From an uncultured Bacteroidia bacterium (GTDB taxonomy: Bacteria; Bacteroidota; Bacteroidia; Bacteroidales; CAJPTX01): DNA of 64,000 nt. Position 1 is the first letter of the stretch. Every line of letters begins with the position of its first letter. Under the pieces are notes generated by a model, which saw only the letters and a program-made list of their open reading frames with translations, made no database searches and was not told the origin of the DNA. The stretch is taken from the NCBI GenBank assembly GCA_963543925.1, contig CAUUCP010000005.1, positions 2,361-66,360 of the forward strand, given 5' to 3'. The translations under genes and the position numbers were made by a program. Of the stretch, positions 26,448-35,652 are shown one piece after another.

Positions 26448-26949
26448 ATTCCCCACCCTTGGGCTTCTCCCCTTGCTTCTCGTTCTCACGGGGTGCAATG
26501 GTCTTCACGAATTAGAGTTGGAAGAGCGTGAACAGGAGAGTCTGCGGCAACGACTCGAGAAGATAGGGAGTGTCGAGGAACACGATCAGCTCTTTTTCGT
26601 GCGTCTCGACTCGGTAGACCGACCCTACGCTACGGGCGACACGCTTTACTTGCGCTATACCCTTGTGGCGCTCGCTGCGCGCGGAGAAATCGTGCTAGAG
26701 AGCAATGAACCCGATGTGATCGCACAGCACAAGCTCCACGCCACCGAGATAGATTATCCACCGCAACCCTACGTTCTGGGAAAAACGGATTGGCTCAAGG
26801 GAATACAGCGAGGGCTCGAGTATCTCTCGCGCCGCAGTTCGCGAGGATGGATAGGCATACCACACGCTCAGGGATACGGAAATGCCCCATTCGGACGCAT
26901 ACCGAGTCGCACACCCCTCCTCTTCCACTACGAGATTACGAACCAGTAG
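26431..26949 (+). CDS. Small lipoprotein, FKBP-like C-terminus (GTG start inferred)
   Basis: The only plausible start is the GTG at 26431, giving (M)NVWNRFPTLGLLPLLLVLTGC with a lipobox. It overlaps the preceding stop by 17 nt. The C-terminus GWIGIPHAQGYGNAPFGRIPSRTPLLFHYEI resembles an FKBP tail. Confidence 0.5.
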   Translation: MNVWNRFPTLGLLPLLLVLTGCNGLHELELEEREQESLRQRLEKIGSVEEHDQLFFVRLDSVDRPYATGDTLYLRYTLVALAARGEIVLESNEPDVIAQHKLHATEIDYPPQPYVLGKTDWLKGIQRGLEYLSRRSSRGWIGIPHAQGYGNAPFGRIPSRTPLLFHYEITNQ

Positions 26950-26965
26950 GAATTTTTACCCAACC

Positions 26966-27928
26966 ATGAAACGGACACTCTCGCTCGTTATCACGATGCT
27001 CGTCACAGGGGCACTCTTCATTACCACACCGAGTTGTAAAAAGGATAGTACCGATTTCGGAGGATCCGACGAATTGGTGCGTCTCCAAGCCTTCCAGAAG
27101 CTACACTATCCTCAGGCACGCACTTTGGTCAACGACGCTTTTTTACAAACCCTAAAACCCAATAGCGAGGGGGAACAACTGAGCCGGGAGAAGTGGCTTT
27201 ATTTTGACTATTTGGCGACGGATCTCGATGGTACATTCCTCGCTACGAGCTTGCCTGAAAAAGCGAAAGAGTACGGACATTTCTCCAAGACCACCTATTA
27301 CGTCCCGCGGTATAAACCGATGACAGAAAAAGGGGTCGGTGCTTCCCTCGTCGAGGCGCTCGGGAGTATGAGGATCGGAGAGGAGGTTGTCCTAGGATTG
27401 CCAGCCGCTCAGGCTAAAGCACTCGGCTTGTGGACCAACCGAGACTACCACTCGGCACTACTCTACCTCACCCCGCGCCAACAAGTGGCTGACCCCAAGG
27501 CGCATGAAAAAGAACTCATCAATACCTACCTTGCACAGCATTCAGGGTTTGAGGTCGTCGATAAAGTCTACCGAAAGGTCACAGAGACCGGTAGTGGCGC
27601 TGAGATAAAGTCCGAATCGAATCTATGGATACAGTATGCCGTCTATTCGCTCTCAGGGTATCTTTTTGATACCAACGTCGCAGAGACAGCACAACAGCAC
27701 GATGTCTATTCCTCCTCGGCAAACAAGTACGGACTTCTCTCTATGAAAGCCTCTGACGATAAAAAGCTTATCAAGGGATTTAGTGGACTCACGGTAGGGC
27801 TCAAGACAGGGACAAAGCTCCTCGCTATCATCCCCAGTGAGGTCGGCTACGGTGAAAGTGGACGTGGAAAGATCCGTCCCAATGAGCCGTTGCTCGTCGA
27901 AATGAACATCGTACGTTCCTCGAAATAG
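26966..27928 (+). CDS. FKBP-like lipoprotein (divergent PPIase domain)
   Basis: Start at MKRTLSLVITMLVTGALFITTPSC. The C-terminus is LIKGFSGLTVGLKTGTKLLAIIPSEVGYGESGRGKIRPNEPLLVEMNIV. Confidence 0.65.
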   Translation: MKRTLSLVITMLVTGALFITTPSCKKDSTDFGGSDELVRLQAFQKLHYPQARTLVNDAFLQTLKPNSEGEQLSREKWLYFDYLATDLDGTFLATSLPEKAKEYGHFSKTTYYVPRYKPMTEKGVGASLVEALGSMRIGEEVVLGLPAAQAKALGLWTNRDYHSALLYLTPRQQVADPKAHEKELINTYLAQHSGFEVVDKVYRKVTETGSGAEIKSESNLWIQYAVYSLSGYLFDTNVAETAQQHDVYSSSANKYGLLSMKASDDKKLIKGFSGLTVGLKTGTKLLAIIPSEVGYGESGRGKIRPNEPLLVEMNIVRSSK

Positions 27929-27958
27929 GTGCGACGCCTGTCGCCCACCCCCCATGCT

Positions 27959-29173
27959 ATGCGTCTGATACATACAGCAGACTGGCACTTAGGTCTCTCT
28001 TTTCATAACTATTCGCGACTCGAAGAGCAAGCGCTGTTCCTTCAATGGTTGGAAGATCTCGTAGCCCGAGAGCGTGTGGACGCCCTCCTCGTAGCTGGAG
28101 ATGTCTTTGACACCTATACCCCTTCGTCCCAAGCACAAAACCTTTTCTACCAATTCCTACACCGTGTCACGGAGCGCTGTCCAAAACTGAGCGTGGTCGT
28201 GACGGCGGGAAATCATGACTCTGGACTACGTCTCGAAGCGCCAAAGGAACTCCTCGCTGGGCTCAACATCCATCTCAAGGGGAGTGTCGTGCAAAACCAG
28301 ACGGAGAGGCGGATAGATTATCAACAGTTTGCTATCCCCCTGCGCGATGCACAAGGACGGGAGTTCCTCTGTCTAGCGATCCCCTTCTTACGCATCAATG
28401 ATTGCCCACAGAATGGTGATGCCGAAGATCCCACCGTCGCCTTTTACCGAGAGCTAGCCGAAGACCTAGCTACTGACCCTCGCCCCAAGATCTGTCTGGG
28501 GCACCTCTATGCCTCGAGTTCGCATATCGACGAACACGACGAAGTGGAGTATAGTATCATCGGAGGGTTGGAGGGATTGCCCCTCGAGCCCTACCTCCGT
28601 GACTATCGTTACGTGGCGCTCGGGCATATTCACATCCAACAACGGGTCTACGAGACGGGGACGGTCTATTATGCTGGAGCGCCTATTGCCACCACCTTTG
28701 CGCACCAAGGACGACACGCTGGGGTCTTACTCGTCGATGTAACGGAACAGGGAACAACCGTAACCCCCATAGATTTCCCATCGCCATTGCATTTACTACG
28801 ACTCGTGGGACGGTATCAGGAAATAGAAGCGGCCATTACCTCCCTACCACAGGGAGAACCCGACGGGCTCTCACCCATCCTCGCGGTGGAGATTGTGACA
28901 GAAGAACCCATCCCATTTCTGAAAACAGACTTGGAGCGCTGGCTCATGGGACGTGCCGCTCGTCTGGGACCAGTCCTCTTGCGGCGTCCCACAGAAGACC
29001 AGCCTACCGAAGAGGATGACGCACTACCACACTTCTATCACGGTCTGGATGCCGAACAGATCGCCCAACGAGAATACCGAAAAAACTACGGGATACCCAT
29101 GCCAGAGAAAATGCTCCGACTGTTCAGAGAGGCGATACAGCAGGCCAGAGAAGGTGAACCGAAAGAACTGTAA
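27959..29173 (+). CDS. sbcD: Exonuclease SbcCD, nuclease subunit D
   Basis: MRLIHTADWHLG N-terminus. Calcineurin-like phosphoesterase motifs are LLVAGDVFD, TAGNHDS and LGHIH. Confidence 0.9.
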   Translation: MRLIHTADWHLGLSFHNYSRLEEQALFLQWLEDLVARERVDALLVAGDVFDTYTPSSQAQNLFYQFLHRVTERCPKLSVVVTAGNHDSGLRLEAPKELLAGLNIHLKGSVVQNQTERRIDYQQFAIPLRDAQGREFLCLAIPFLRINDCPQNGDAEDPTVAFYRELAEDLATDPRPKICLGHLYASSSHIDEHDEVEYSIIGGLEGLPLEPYLRDYRYVALGHIHIQQRVYETGTVYYAGAPIATTFAHQGRHAGVLLVDVTEQGTTVTPIDFPSPLHLLRLVGRYQEIEAAITSLPQGEPDGLSPILAVEIVTEEPIPFLKTDLERWLMGRAARLGPVLLRRPTEDQPTEEDDALPHFYHGLDAEQIAQREYRKNYGIPMPEKMLRLFREAIQQAREGEPKEL

Positions 29174-29176
29174 CGG

Positions 29177-32100
29177 ATGAGAATACTCAGTGTGGCGGGC
29201 GAGAACCTTGCGAGTCTACGAGACCCCTTCCGTATCGATTTTGATAAGCCGCCACTCTCCGACGCAGGGCTCTTCCTCATTACCGGACGTACGGGCGCGG
29301 GAAAGTCTACATTGCTCGATGCCATCTGTTTAGCCCTCTATAACCGTATCCCGCGCCTGCGTGGAAAGAAGGATCTTTCGAATAAGGTCGAGGACTTACC
29401 AGGAGGAGAACTCCTGAGCGATAACGATCCGCGACAAATCCTACGACGAGGGGCAGGGGCTGCATCTGCTTCGGTACGGTTCCAAGGGCTAGATGGCAAG
29501 CTCTATTGCTCCACCTGGCATGTACATCGGGCAAATAAACGACCAACGGGCAAGCTACAAGAGAGCGAATTGACCCTGGTGAACGAAACAGAGAAGCGTG
29601 TCGAACTCAACGGACGAAGCTATAAAGAGGAATATACGACGCGTATCACACAACTCGTGGGCATGAACTACGAACAGTTTGTACGCGCCGTAGTCTTGGC
29701 ACAAAGCCAGTTCGATGCCTTCCTCAAAGCGCCTGCCGACGAAAAAGCATCTCTATTGGAACAACTAACCAATACGCGCGAGTTTGCCCTCATCTCCCGT
29801 ACGATCTTCAGTCGTTGCGCCGCTGCAAGATCCGATCTGGAGCATACCGAACTGGAGATCGAAGCCCTAGGATGTCTATCCCTAGAGGAGATCGCAAGGT
29901 TAGAGACACAGCAAAACGTTTATCAGCAGAACGTCACTCGTGCTCAACACGACATCAACCAACTCGCACTCTCTATAGAGTGGCACGAGCAAGCGCGGAA
30001 AATGCACCAAGAGCTCCTCGCTGCACAAGAACTGGTAAAGCAACAGGAAGCCGAAAGTGAAAAAATAGAAAACGAGAGAGCTTGGGTGAATCAATGGGAA
30101 GAGAGTCAAGAGGTGAGAGAAAAAGCCGTGCGCGTACAAGAGCATCAGGAGCACATCCACGAACTGATCGCCACTTTACGTGCAAAAAGCACCACGCTCC
30201 AACGGGCGTATAAAGAGGAACGACGACTTGAAAAGGAGTATGATCAATTGCTGCACACCAAGGAACTCCTGGCTGGTGAACGTGTGAATCTAGAGCACAT
30301 ACAAACCTCAAGTCTAGGAATAGAAAAGGAGATTGCAGCGCAAACCGCCGAGTTCGAGCGCCTAGACGCTAAGTTGAAGGAGCTCTGCGCACAGGGAAAG
30401 AGGGCGGCTGAGGAGGAGAAGGAACAGGAGAAAAAGCTCGAGCAACTCCAAACACAGATTGCGCAACGAGACCGTGAGCGAGCATCCCTTGCGCCGCGCC
30501 AGAAACTCTACGAAGCACTAGAACGATTGCAGCAAATCTACACTTCGTTTACCAACCTTTTACCCCAAATCCAGCGAGAACAGAAGGATTTAGCACTCGC
30601 TACCAATACACAAGCACGCTTACTGCAACAACAAGCCGAGATTGAGAAGGAATGGCATGCACTCGCGGGGGGTGTCCCGCTCGAAGTGCTGGAGTTACGA
30701 GCGCTTCTGAAAGAAGGGACGCCATGTCCACTCTGTGGAAGTACGACACATCACCTAGAACCCGAGGCGACGGCACTTCATACGCAGGATTGGGAAACAC
30801 TTCGTAGCGAACAGCAGAGATTGAAACAGCTGCGAGAGAAGGGGGACAAAGACCTACACACTGCAGAAGTCAATCGTGAGAAACACCGTGCCGCGCTCAC
30901 GCTCCTCGAACAGCAAAAGAGACAAGCAGAGACGCTCTGGGAGCAGACCCTACGGGAGCAACAAACACTCCCCCATGTTGCAATACAAGAAACGGAGTTT
31001 ACCCAAGAACAGCTGCCCGCTATCAAGTTATTCCTAACCACCCTCGTCGACGAACGCACCCAATGGCTTGAGATAGAGAAGGCGGCAGGGCTGGAAGCGC
31101 AGCTTGCGTCTAGTAGAGAACTCTTCCAAAGTCGCAAGCAAACAACTCAAAGACTGCGAGAGGAGTACAGGGGGCTCTCCCAGCAACACAACAACATTGA
31201 AACGAAAATAGAGGAGCTAAGAAAACAACTCTCCGATCTGACGCAGGGGAAGCCGCTCGAACAACTCATGCGCGACTACCACCAGCGGTTTCGCAACAAC
31301 GACCTACGTACTACCGAAGTGAAGCGAAGACTCGGCCAAGTGCACGAACAGCAGCAGAGCCTCGCTCAGACTACCCATACGCTCAACCATAATCGGTGCG
31401 AGAGTCAACGGAAACAAGCGACCACGCAGAGCGAAATCCAAATATGGTTGAGGGAGCATCCCGTCTACAATCCCGTCCTACTCGCCACCTTGCAAGGGCA
31501 TACGAAGGAGGAGGTACATCGTTTTCGAGAACGCTGGAACGTTATCCTACAAGAGACTACCAAGGCGCAAACCCTACTGCAGGAGCGAATGGGGCGCAAG
31601 GAGGCACATCTTGCTGCACCTCCCCCCGATCCGCGTCCGTGGGATCTCCTTGTCCAAGCGCTGAGTGACCAAAAGAAGTGCCTAGAGGAGAACCAAAAGC
31701 TGCTGGCCTACCATACCCTCAGGCTAGAGGAACAAGCCCAAAAGGCAAAAAGAAGAGTGATCCTCGAGGATATACGCACTCAACAACGAGACCAAGCGCT
31801 AGAGTGGGAAAAGTTGAATGCGCTCTTCGGTTCAAAGGATGGAAAACGATTCCGAGTCATAGCGCAGGGCTATACCCTTGTCGCCTTGCTGGAGTTTGCC
31901 AATCGCCAATTAGCACACATCATGCCACGCTATCGACTCGTGCAGGGAGCAACCGAGGGGAATACCCTCTCGCTCAGAATCGTCGATACGCAGATGGGAG
32001 GAGAGCTCAGAAACATTGATACCCTCTCTGGGGGAGAAACCTTTATCGTTTCCCTAGCCCTCTCCTTAGCCCTCTCCTCGATTTCCTCGCATCACCATGC

Positions 32101-32308
32101 GATCGAGCTCCTTTTTATCGACGAAGGTTTTGGTACACTGGACGCAGATAACCTCCGTTTGGTGATAGAAACCCTCGAGGCATTACAGATGCAGGGACGG
32201 CGGATTGGTCTGATCTCCCATGTTGCCGAGCTGAATGAGCGGATTCCCGTACAGGTGCGGGTAGAGAAGCAGAGCCACGATGCGGCGCGGGTGCTTGTCG
32301 TGGGGTGA
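29177..32308 (+). CDS. sbcC: Exonuclease SbcCD, ATPase subunit C
   Basis: Walker A is ITGRTGAGKSTLLDAI. It has a very long coiled coil with the zinc hook CPLCGS. The C-terminal signature is LSGGETFIVSLALSLAL and Walker B is LFIDEGFGTLD. Confidence 0.9.
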   Translation: MRILSVAGENLASLRDPFRIDFDKPPLSDAGLFLITGRTGAGKSTLLDAICLALYNRIPRLRGKKDLSNKVEDLPGGELLSDNDPRQILRRGAGAASASVRFQGLDGKLYCSTWHVHRANKRPTGKLQESELTLVNETEKRVELNGRSYKEEYTTRITQLVGMNYEQFVRAVVLAQSQFDAFLKAPADEKASLLEQLTNTREFALISRTIFSRCAAARSDLEHTELEIEALGCLSLEEIARLETQQNVYQQNVTRAQHDINQLALSIEWHEQARKMHQELLAAQELVKQQEAESEKIENERAWVNQWEESQEVREKAVRVQEHQEHIHELIATLRAKSTTLQRAYKEERRLEKEYDQLLHTKELLAGERVNLEHIQTSSLGIEKEIAAQTAEFERLDAKLKELCAQGKRAAEEEKEQEKKLEQLQTQIAQRDRERASLAPRQKLYEALERLQQIYTSFTNLLPQIQREQKDLALATNTQARLLQQQAEIEKEWHALAGGVPLEVLELRALLKEGTPCPLCGSTTHHLEPEATALHTQDWETLRSEQQRLKQLREKGDKDLHTAEVNREKHRAALTLLEQQKRQAETLWEQTLREQQTLPHVAIQETEFTQEQLPAIKLFLTTLVDERTQWLEIEKAAGLEAQLASSRELFQSRKQTTQRLREEYRGLSQQHNNIETKIEELRKQLSDLTQGKPLEQLMRDYHQRFRNNDLRTTEVKRRLGQVHEQQQSLAQTTHTLNHNRCESQRKQATTQSEIQIWLREHPVYNPVLLATLQGHTKEEVHRFRERWNVILQETTKAQTLLQERMGRKEAHLAAPPPDPRPWDLLVQALSDQKKCLEENQKLLAYHTLRLEEQAQKAKRRVILEDIRTQQRDQALEWEKLNALFGSKDGKRFRVIAQGYTLVALLEFANRQLAHIMPRYRLVQGATEGNTLSLRIVDTQMGGELRNIDTLSGGETFIVSLALSLALSSISSHHHAIELLFIDEGFGTLDADNLRLVIETLEALQMQGRRIGLISHVAELNERIPVQVRVEKQSHDAARVLVVG

Positions 32309-32443
32309 ACATAACGATTGCTAGACGCCTGAAAGGTAGCGAGGAAACGATTACCTCCGTCATGCAACCTTTCCTTTGAGTACAAAGAAGAGCTCCCCCC
32401 CCATTGCTGCTGGAAGAATGAAAAGGGGCGGGCTTACACGCTT

Positions 32444-34093
32444 TTACTGACATTCCCCACCGTGCCCGTCTAGCGCGAGCACCTCCTCCTTCCACTCTCC
32501 GATATTACGCGCTTTCTCATCAAAACTCACCCCGACGAGGTGGACGGGACGACCCTCGGCACGAACCGTATGGAAATACTCCCGATCCTTTATCTGGTCA
32601 ATGGCGTCCTGTGCCGAACCCTGTGTATTGACCTTAAACTCGAAGATGTAGACGTGCTGGCGCGTGGTGACTAGCATATCGATGCGCCCCGTGGCACAGA
32701 CCACCTCCGCTTGCGCATGGATGCCCAACAGACGGAAAACGGCATAGAGCACCGATTGGTAATACTGTTCGCGCAACGGACGTCCCTGCTCGCCGCTGGG
32801 AATGTTGCCATAGATGATCCCTGCGAGGATTGCGGAAATATGCTTCATTGCGCCTGCAATATCGCCACTTTGAAGAGTCCTATAGAGCTTCAGCACCGTA
32901 GCCCTGACGTCGTCGCGTCGGATGTTTACGTAAAGGGGCAAGAGTTCTTGCAGGAATCCGAAACGAACCTCCTCGTTCGGATAGCCCAGTTGGTAAATCT
33001 GCTCCTCAGATAGGTACTTCTGAATCGTCAGGTAGCCCGACTGGAAAAGGAGCGGGATCACCGAGTCTTCGTCATTGTAACGAAAGTCTTGGAGCGAACC
33101 TTCGTCCAGTAACAGTTCCTCCTCCAAATCGGGCATAAAGATCTGCGTCCTTCTGAGGTAATTCACAAGATAGGAGGGCGTCGCATTCTCGAACCAGTAG
33201 TATTTATACTTGCTCGTCGCCAATACTTTAAGGAGACTGTACGGGTTATATACCTGCACTCCCTCCTCAGCAAAACAATAGCCGTCATACTCCTTTTTGA
33301 GCCGTGCGCGCGTCTCCTCGATGCTACTATTATACTGCTTAGCTAGCTTCTCTATTTCGGGAGAGAGGTTGGCGGTGAGCTCTTCCTCGGTAAACCCACA
33401 AATCGCGTCATACTCATCGAGTAGGGTGATGTCTATCAGGTTATTCACTCCACTGAAAAGCGTCGTCTTACTAAACTTGGTAATCCCCGTCAGAAAGGCG
33501 AACCGGATGTATTCGTCGCACTGCTTTATTACCTCATAAAAGGCCTTGAGGAGCGAACGGTTGGCGTTATTTAACACCTCGTCGTCTACGGTTTCCAAAA
33601 GCGGCTTGTCATATTCATCGATGAGGATGACCACTTGCTTTTGGGTGGTCTGATAAATCATTCGGATCAGATAGATGAAGCGGTCATCAGGCGCATCGTA
33701 TCTTTTCTTTATATCGAACTGCGCCTCTAGGAAATCTAATTGTAATGACAACCGTTCATGCAATGGCTTACCTGTGAGATAGTCCTTTGCATTAAAATCA
33801 AAATAAAGCACGGGGGATGCCTCCCATGGTGTGCGATTCCGATTGCGCGCAATCTCCTCCTCGTGTGCTGCGATATAGAGTCCTTGGAAGAGCTCTTTCT
33901 TCCCCTCGAAGTACGCTTTTAGTGTAGAAAGGAACAAGCTTTTTCCGAAACGGTGCGGACGGCTGAGGAAAAAGATGCGTCCGAGTGAAAAGAGTTTTTC
34001 GATATACTGCGTCTTATCGACATAGAGATCCCCATCTCTACGCAACTGTTTGAAGCTTTGTGTACTGATGGGCAAGCGGCATGGATAGTTCAT
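32444..34093 (-). CDS. Predicted AAA-ATPase fused to a PD-(D/E)XK nuclease domain (AAA-ATPase_like + PDDEXK_9 architecture)
   Basis: Start moved to MNYPCRLPISTQSFKQLRRDGDLYVDKTQYI. Next come FFLSRPHRFGKSLFLSTLKAYFEGKKELF and Walker-B-like VVILIDEYDKP. The C-terminal nuclease core is GRIDMLVTTRQHVYIFEFKVN...AIDQIKDREY. Confidence 0.85.
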   Translation of the reverse strand: MNYPCRLPISTQSFKQLRRDGDLYVDKTQYIEKLFSLGRIFFLSRPHRFGKSLFLSTLKAYFEGKKELFQGLYIAAHEEEIARNRNRTPWEASPVLYFDFNAKDYLTGKPLHERLSLQLDFLEAQFDIKKRYDAPDDRFIYLIRMIYQTTQKQVVILIDEYDKPLLETVDDEVLNNANRSLLKAFYEVIKQCDEYIRFAFLTGITKFSKTTLFSGVNNLIDITLLDEYDAICGFTEEELTANLSPEIEKLAKQYNSSIEETRARLKKEYDGYCFAEEGVQVYNPYSLLKVLATSKYKYYWFENATPSYLVNYLRRTQIFMPDLEEELLLDEGSLQDFRYNDEDSVIPLLFQSGYLTIQKYLSEEQIYQLGYPNEEVRFGFLQELLPLYVNIRRDDVRATVLKLYRTLQSGDIAGAMKHISAILAGIIYGNIPSGEQGRPLREQYYQSVLYAVFRLLGIHAQAEVVCATGRIDMLVTTRQHVYIFEFKVNTQGSAQDAIDQIKDREYFHTVRAEGRPVHLVGVSFDEKARNIGEWKEEVLALDGHGGECQ

Positions 34094-34180
34094 CTGCAAT
34101 CTGTTTTCGTTACCACGAAGGTAATGAAAAGGAAATAAGCCCCTTGTGCGCTCAGTCCTTGCCCTATCAACCTCTGTGCG

Positions 34181-34526
34181 ATACTTTCCTAAACAGTGTC
34201 GCAGCATCACAGCAACGGGAGAAAAACAGGCTTATACCGCTTTATATTTTCCTCAATTCCCTATCCCAAAACAAGCCATGCTCGGAGTACACCCATGCTA
34301 CACGTACGCTACACCGACTCTACACCGACTAAATTAGGTAAAATTACCTACTCCAAAATAGCCTATATTCTATACGTATTTCTTTATTCCAACACGCTAT
34401 TTATTTAGTTTGTCGTGTAAAAATAGTGCTTTAGGATTCCCTAAAGTCGCGATCGGCACTGCGGGGATAAAAAGCAGAAGGTGGACCAGTGGATCACGCT
34501 CTCCGTCGCGTTGCACACCTTGTATC
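34181..34526 (-). repeat. Intergenic IR-bounded element, copy D (reverse orientation)
   Basis: Its reverse complement is collinear with copy C, including the tail GCCTGTTTTTCTCCCGTTGCTGTGATGCT and the palindrome (34335-34350). The left-arm end is degenerate (GATACAAGGTGTGCAAC). Confidence 0.75.
34282..34325 (-). repeat. Phased 11-bp direct-repeat array of copy D (4 units)
   Basis: The plus strand reads tcggagtacac / ccatgctacac / gtacgctacac / cgactctacac. This is the reverse complement of GTGTAG-type units. Confidence 0.8.
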
Positions 34527-34548
34527 AGAGAAAGAGTCTCTTTTTGTC

Positions 34549-34556
34549 TATTTTTG
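34549..34556 (+). promoter_or_regulatory. Bacteroidota -7 box (TATTTTTG) upstream of the DUF1573 gene
   Basis: It matches TAnnTTTG 18 nt upstream of the ATG at 34574 and about 23 nt beyond the end of repeat copy D. Confidence 0.45.
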
Positions 34557-34573
34557 TGGTGCGGCAATATGAG

Positions 34574-35638
34574 ATGGAAATGAAAACAATCGCATCGCTC
34601 TTGTATTTTTGCCTCCTCGCACTCTTCTCTTTTGCACAGGGAGGCTACTTGGTATTCAACTCTATAGAGCACCAGTTTGGTGATGTCCCAGAGGACGGGG
34701 GAGAGATTCAGCATGTCTTTGAGTTTACCAACAAGGGGACTGCTCCCGTGATCATCTATTCCGTGGCAACCTCCTGCGGATGTACGGCCACCGAGTGGAG
34801 TCGGGAACCCATCCTCCCCGGTAAAAAGGGAAATGTGCGGGCTATTTTTCAACCTTCGGGACGACCCTATAGCTTCTCCAAGACCCTGACCGTCCACACC
34901 AATGCACAGCCAGAGAAACAGGTCCTCACCATTCGTGGCTTTGTCATACCACAGAATGCCTCCAAAGAGGAACTCTATCCCCAACGCTTGGGGGCTGTCT
35001 CCTTACGAACCTATTACCAACTATTGGGCAATGTCTCGCACCTAGAGAAACAGAAAATAGAGATCCCCGTCTTTAATAGTTCCGATAAACCGCAGCAGGT
35101 GACCTTATCACCACTCCCGGTCGCTCTTTCTGGGAAAACGAAACTCAAATTGAAGCCCGGAGAGATCAAACATTTTGAATTGGAGCTTAATCCTCAGAAA
35201 TTAGAGGAGTGGGGACAGCAGTCCCTGGAAATTGTCTTCAAGTGTGGAGATGCGACCGGCAGATACTACATCCATCTCTCCCGAGTAGAGGATTTCTCCA
35301 AACTCTCACTCAAAGAGCGCGAAAAAGCTGCACGCCTCGAATTGTCTTCTACGCACTACACTTTCCCAAAGACCAAGACTGGCAACGTCGTCGAACAATC
35401 GATAGAGTTACGCAATGTGGGCGGTTCCCCGCTGATTGTCCGTAAGGTGATCACCAATAGTACACAAATCACCTATACGCTTGACAAGCAAGAGATCCCG
35501 GCAGGAGAAACCGGAATCCTCACCCTTCGTTTTGATACCAACGGATCGTATGGCGACCAATTGCGTCATATCCAGCTCGTGGTCAATGACCCGCACGAGA
35601 CCATGCCCGCTATCCAGTGGGAAGGAACGTTAGAATAA
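34574..35638 (+). CDS. DUF1573 domain-containing secreted protein (two DUF1573-like modules)
   Basis: Start at MEMKTIASLLYFCLLALFSFAQ. The DUF1573 signature is FGDVPEDGGEIQHVFEFTNKGTAPVIIYSVATSCGCTATEWSREPILPGKKG. A second, degenerate module lies near the C-terminus. Confidence 0.8.
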   Translation: MEMKTIASLLYFCLLALFSFAQGGYLVFNSIEHQFGDVPEDGGEIQHVFEFTNKGTAPVIIYSVATSCGCTATEWSREPILPGKKGNVRAIFQPSGRPYSFSKTLTVHTNAQPEKQVLTIRGFVIPQNASKEELYPQRLGAVSLRTYYQLLGNVSHLEKQKIEIPVFNSSDKPQQVTLSPLPVALSGKTKLKLKPGEIKHFELELNPQKLEEWGQQSLEIVFKCGDATGRYYIHLSRVEDFSKLSLKEREKAARLELSSTHYTFPKTKTGNVVEQSIELRNVGGSPLIVRKVITNSTQITYTLDKQEIPAGETGILTLRFDTNGSYGDQLRHIQLVVNDPHETMPAIQWEGTLE

Positions 35639-35652
35639 CGCTCGACGATCGC

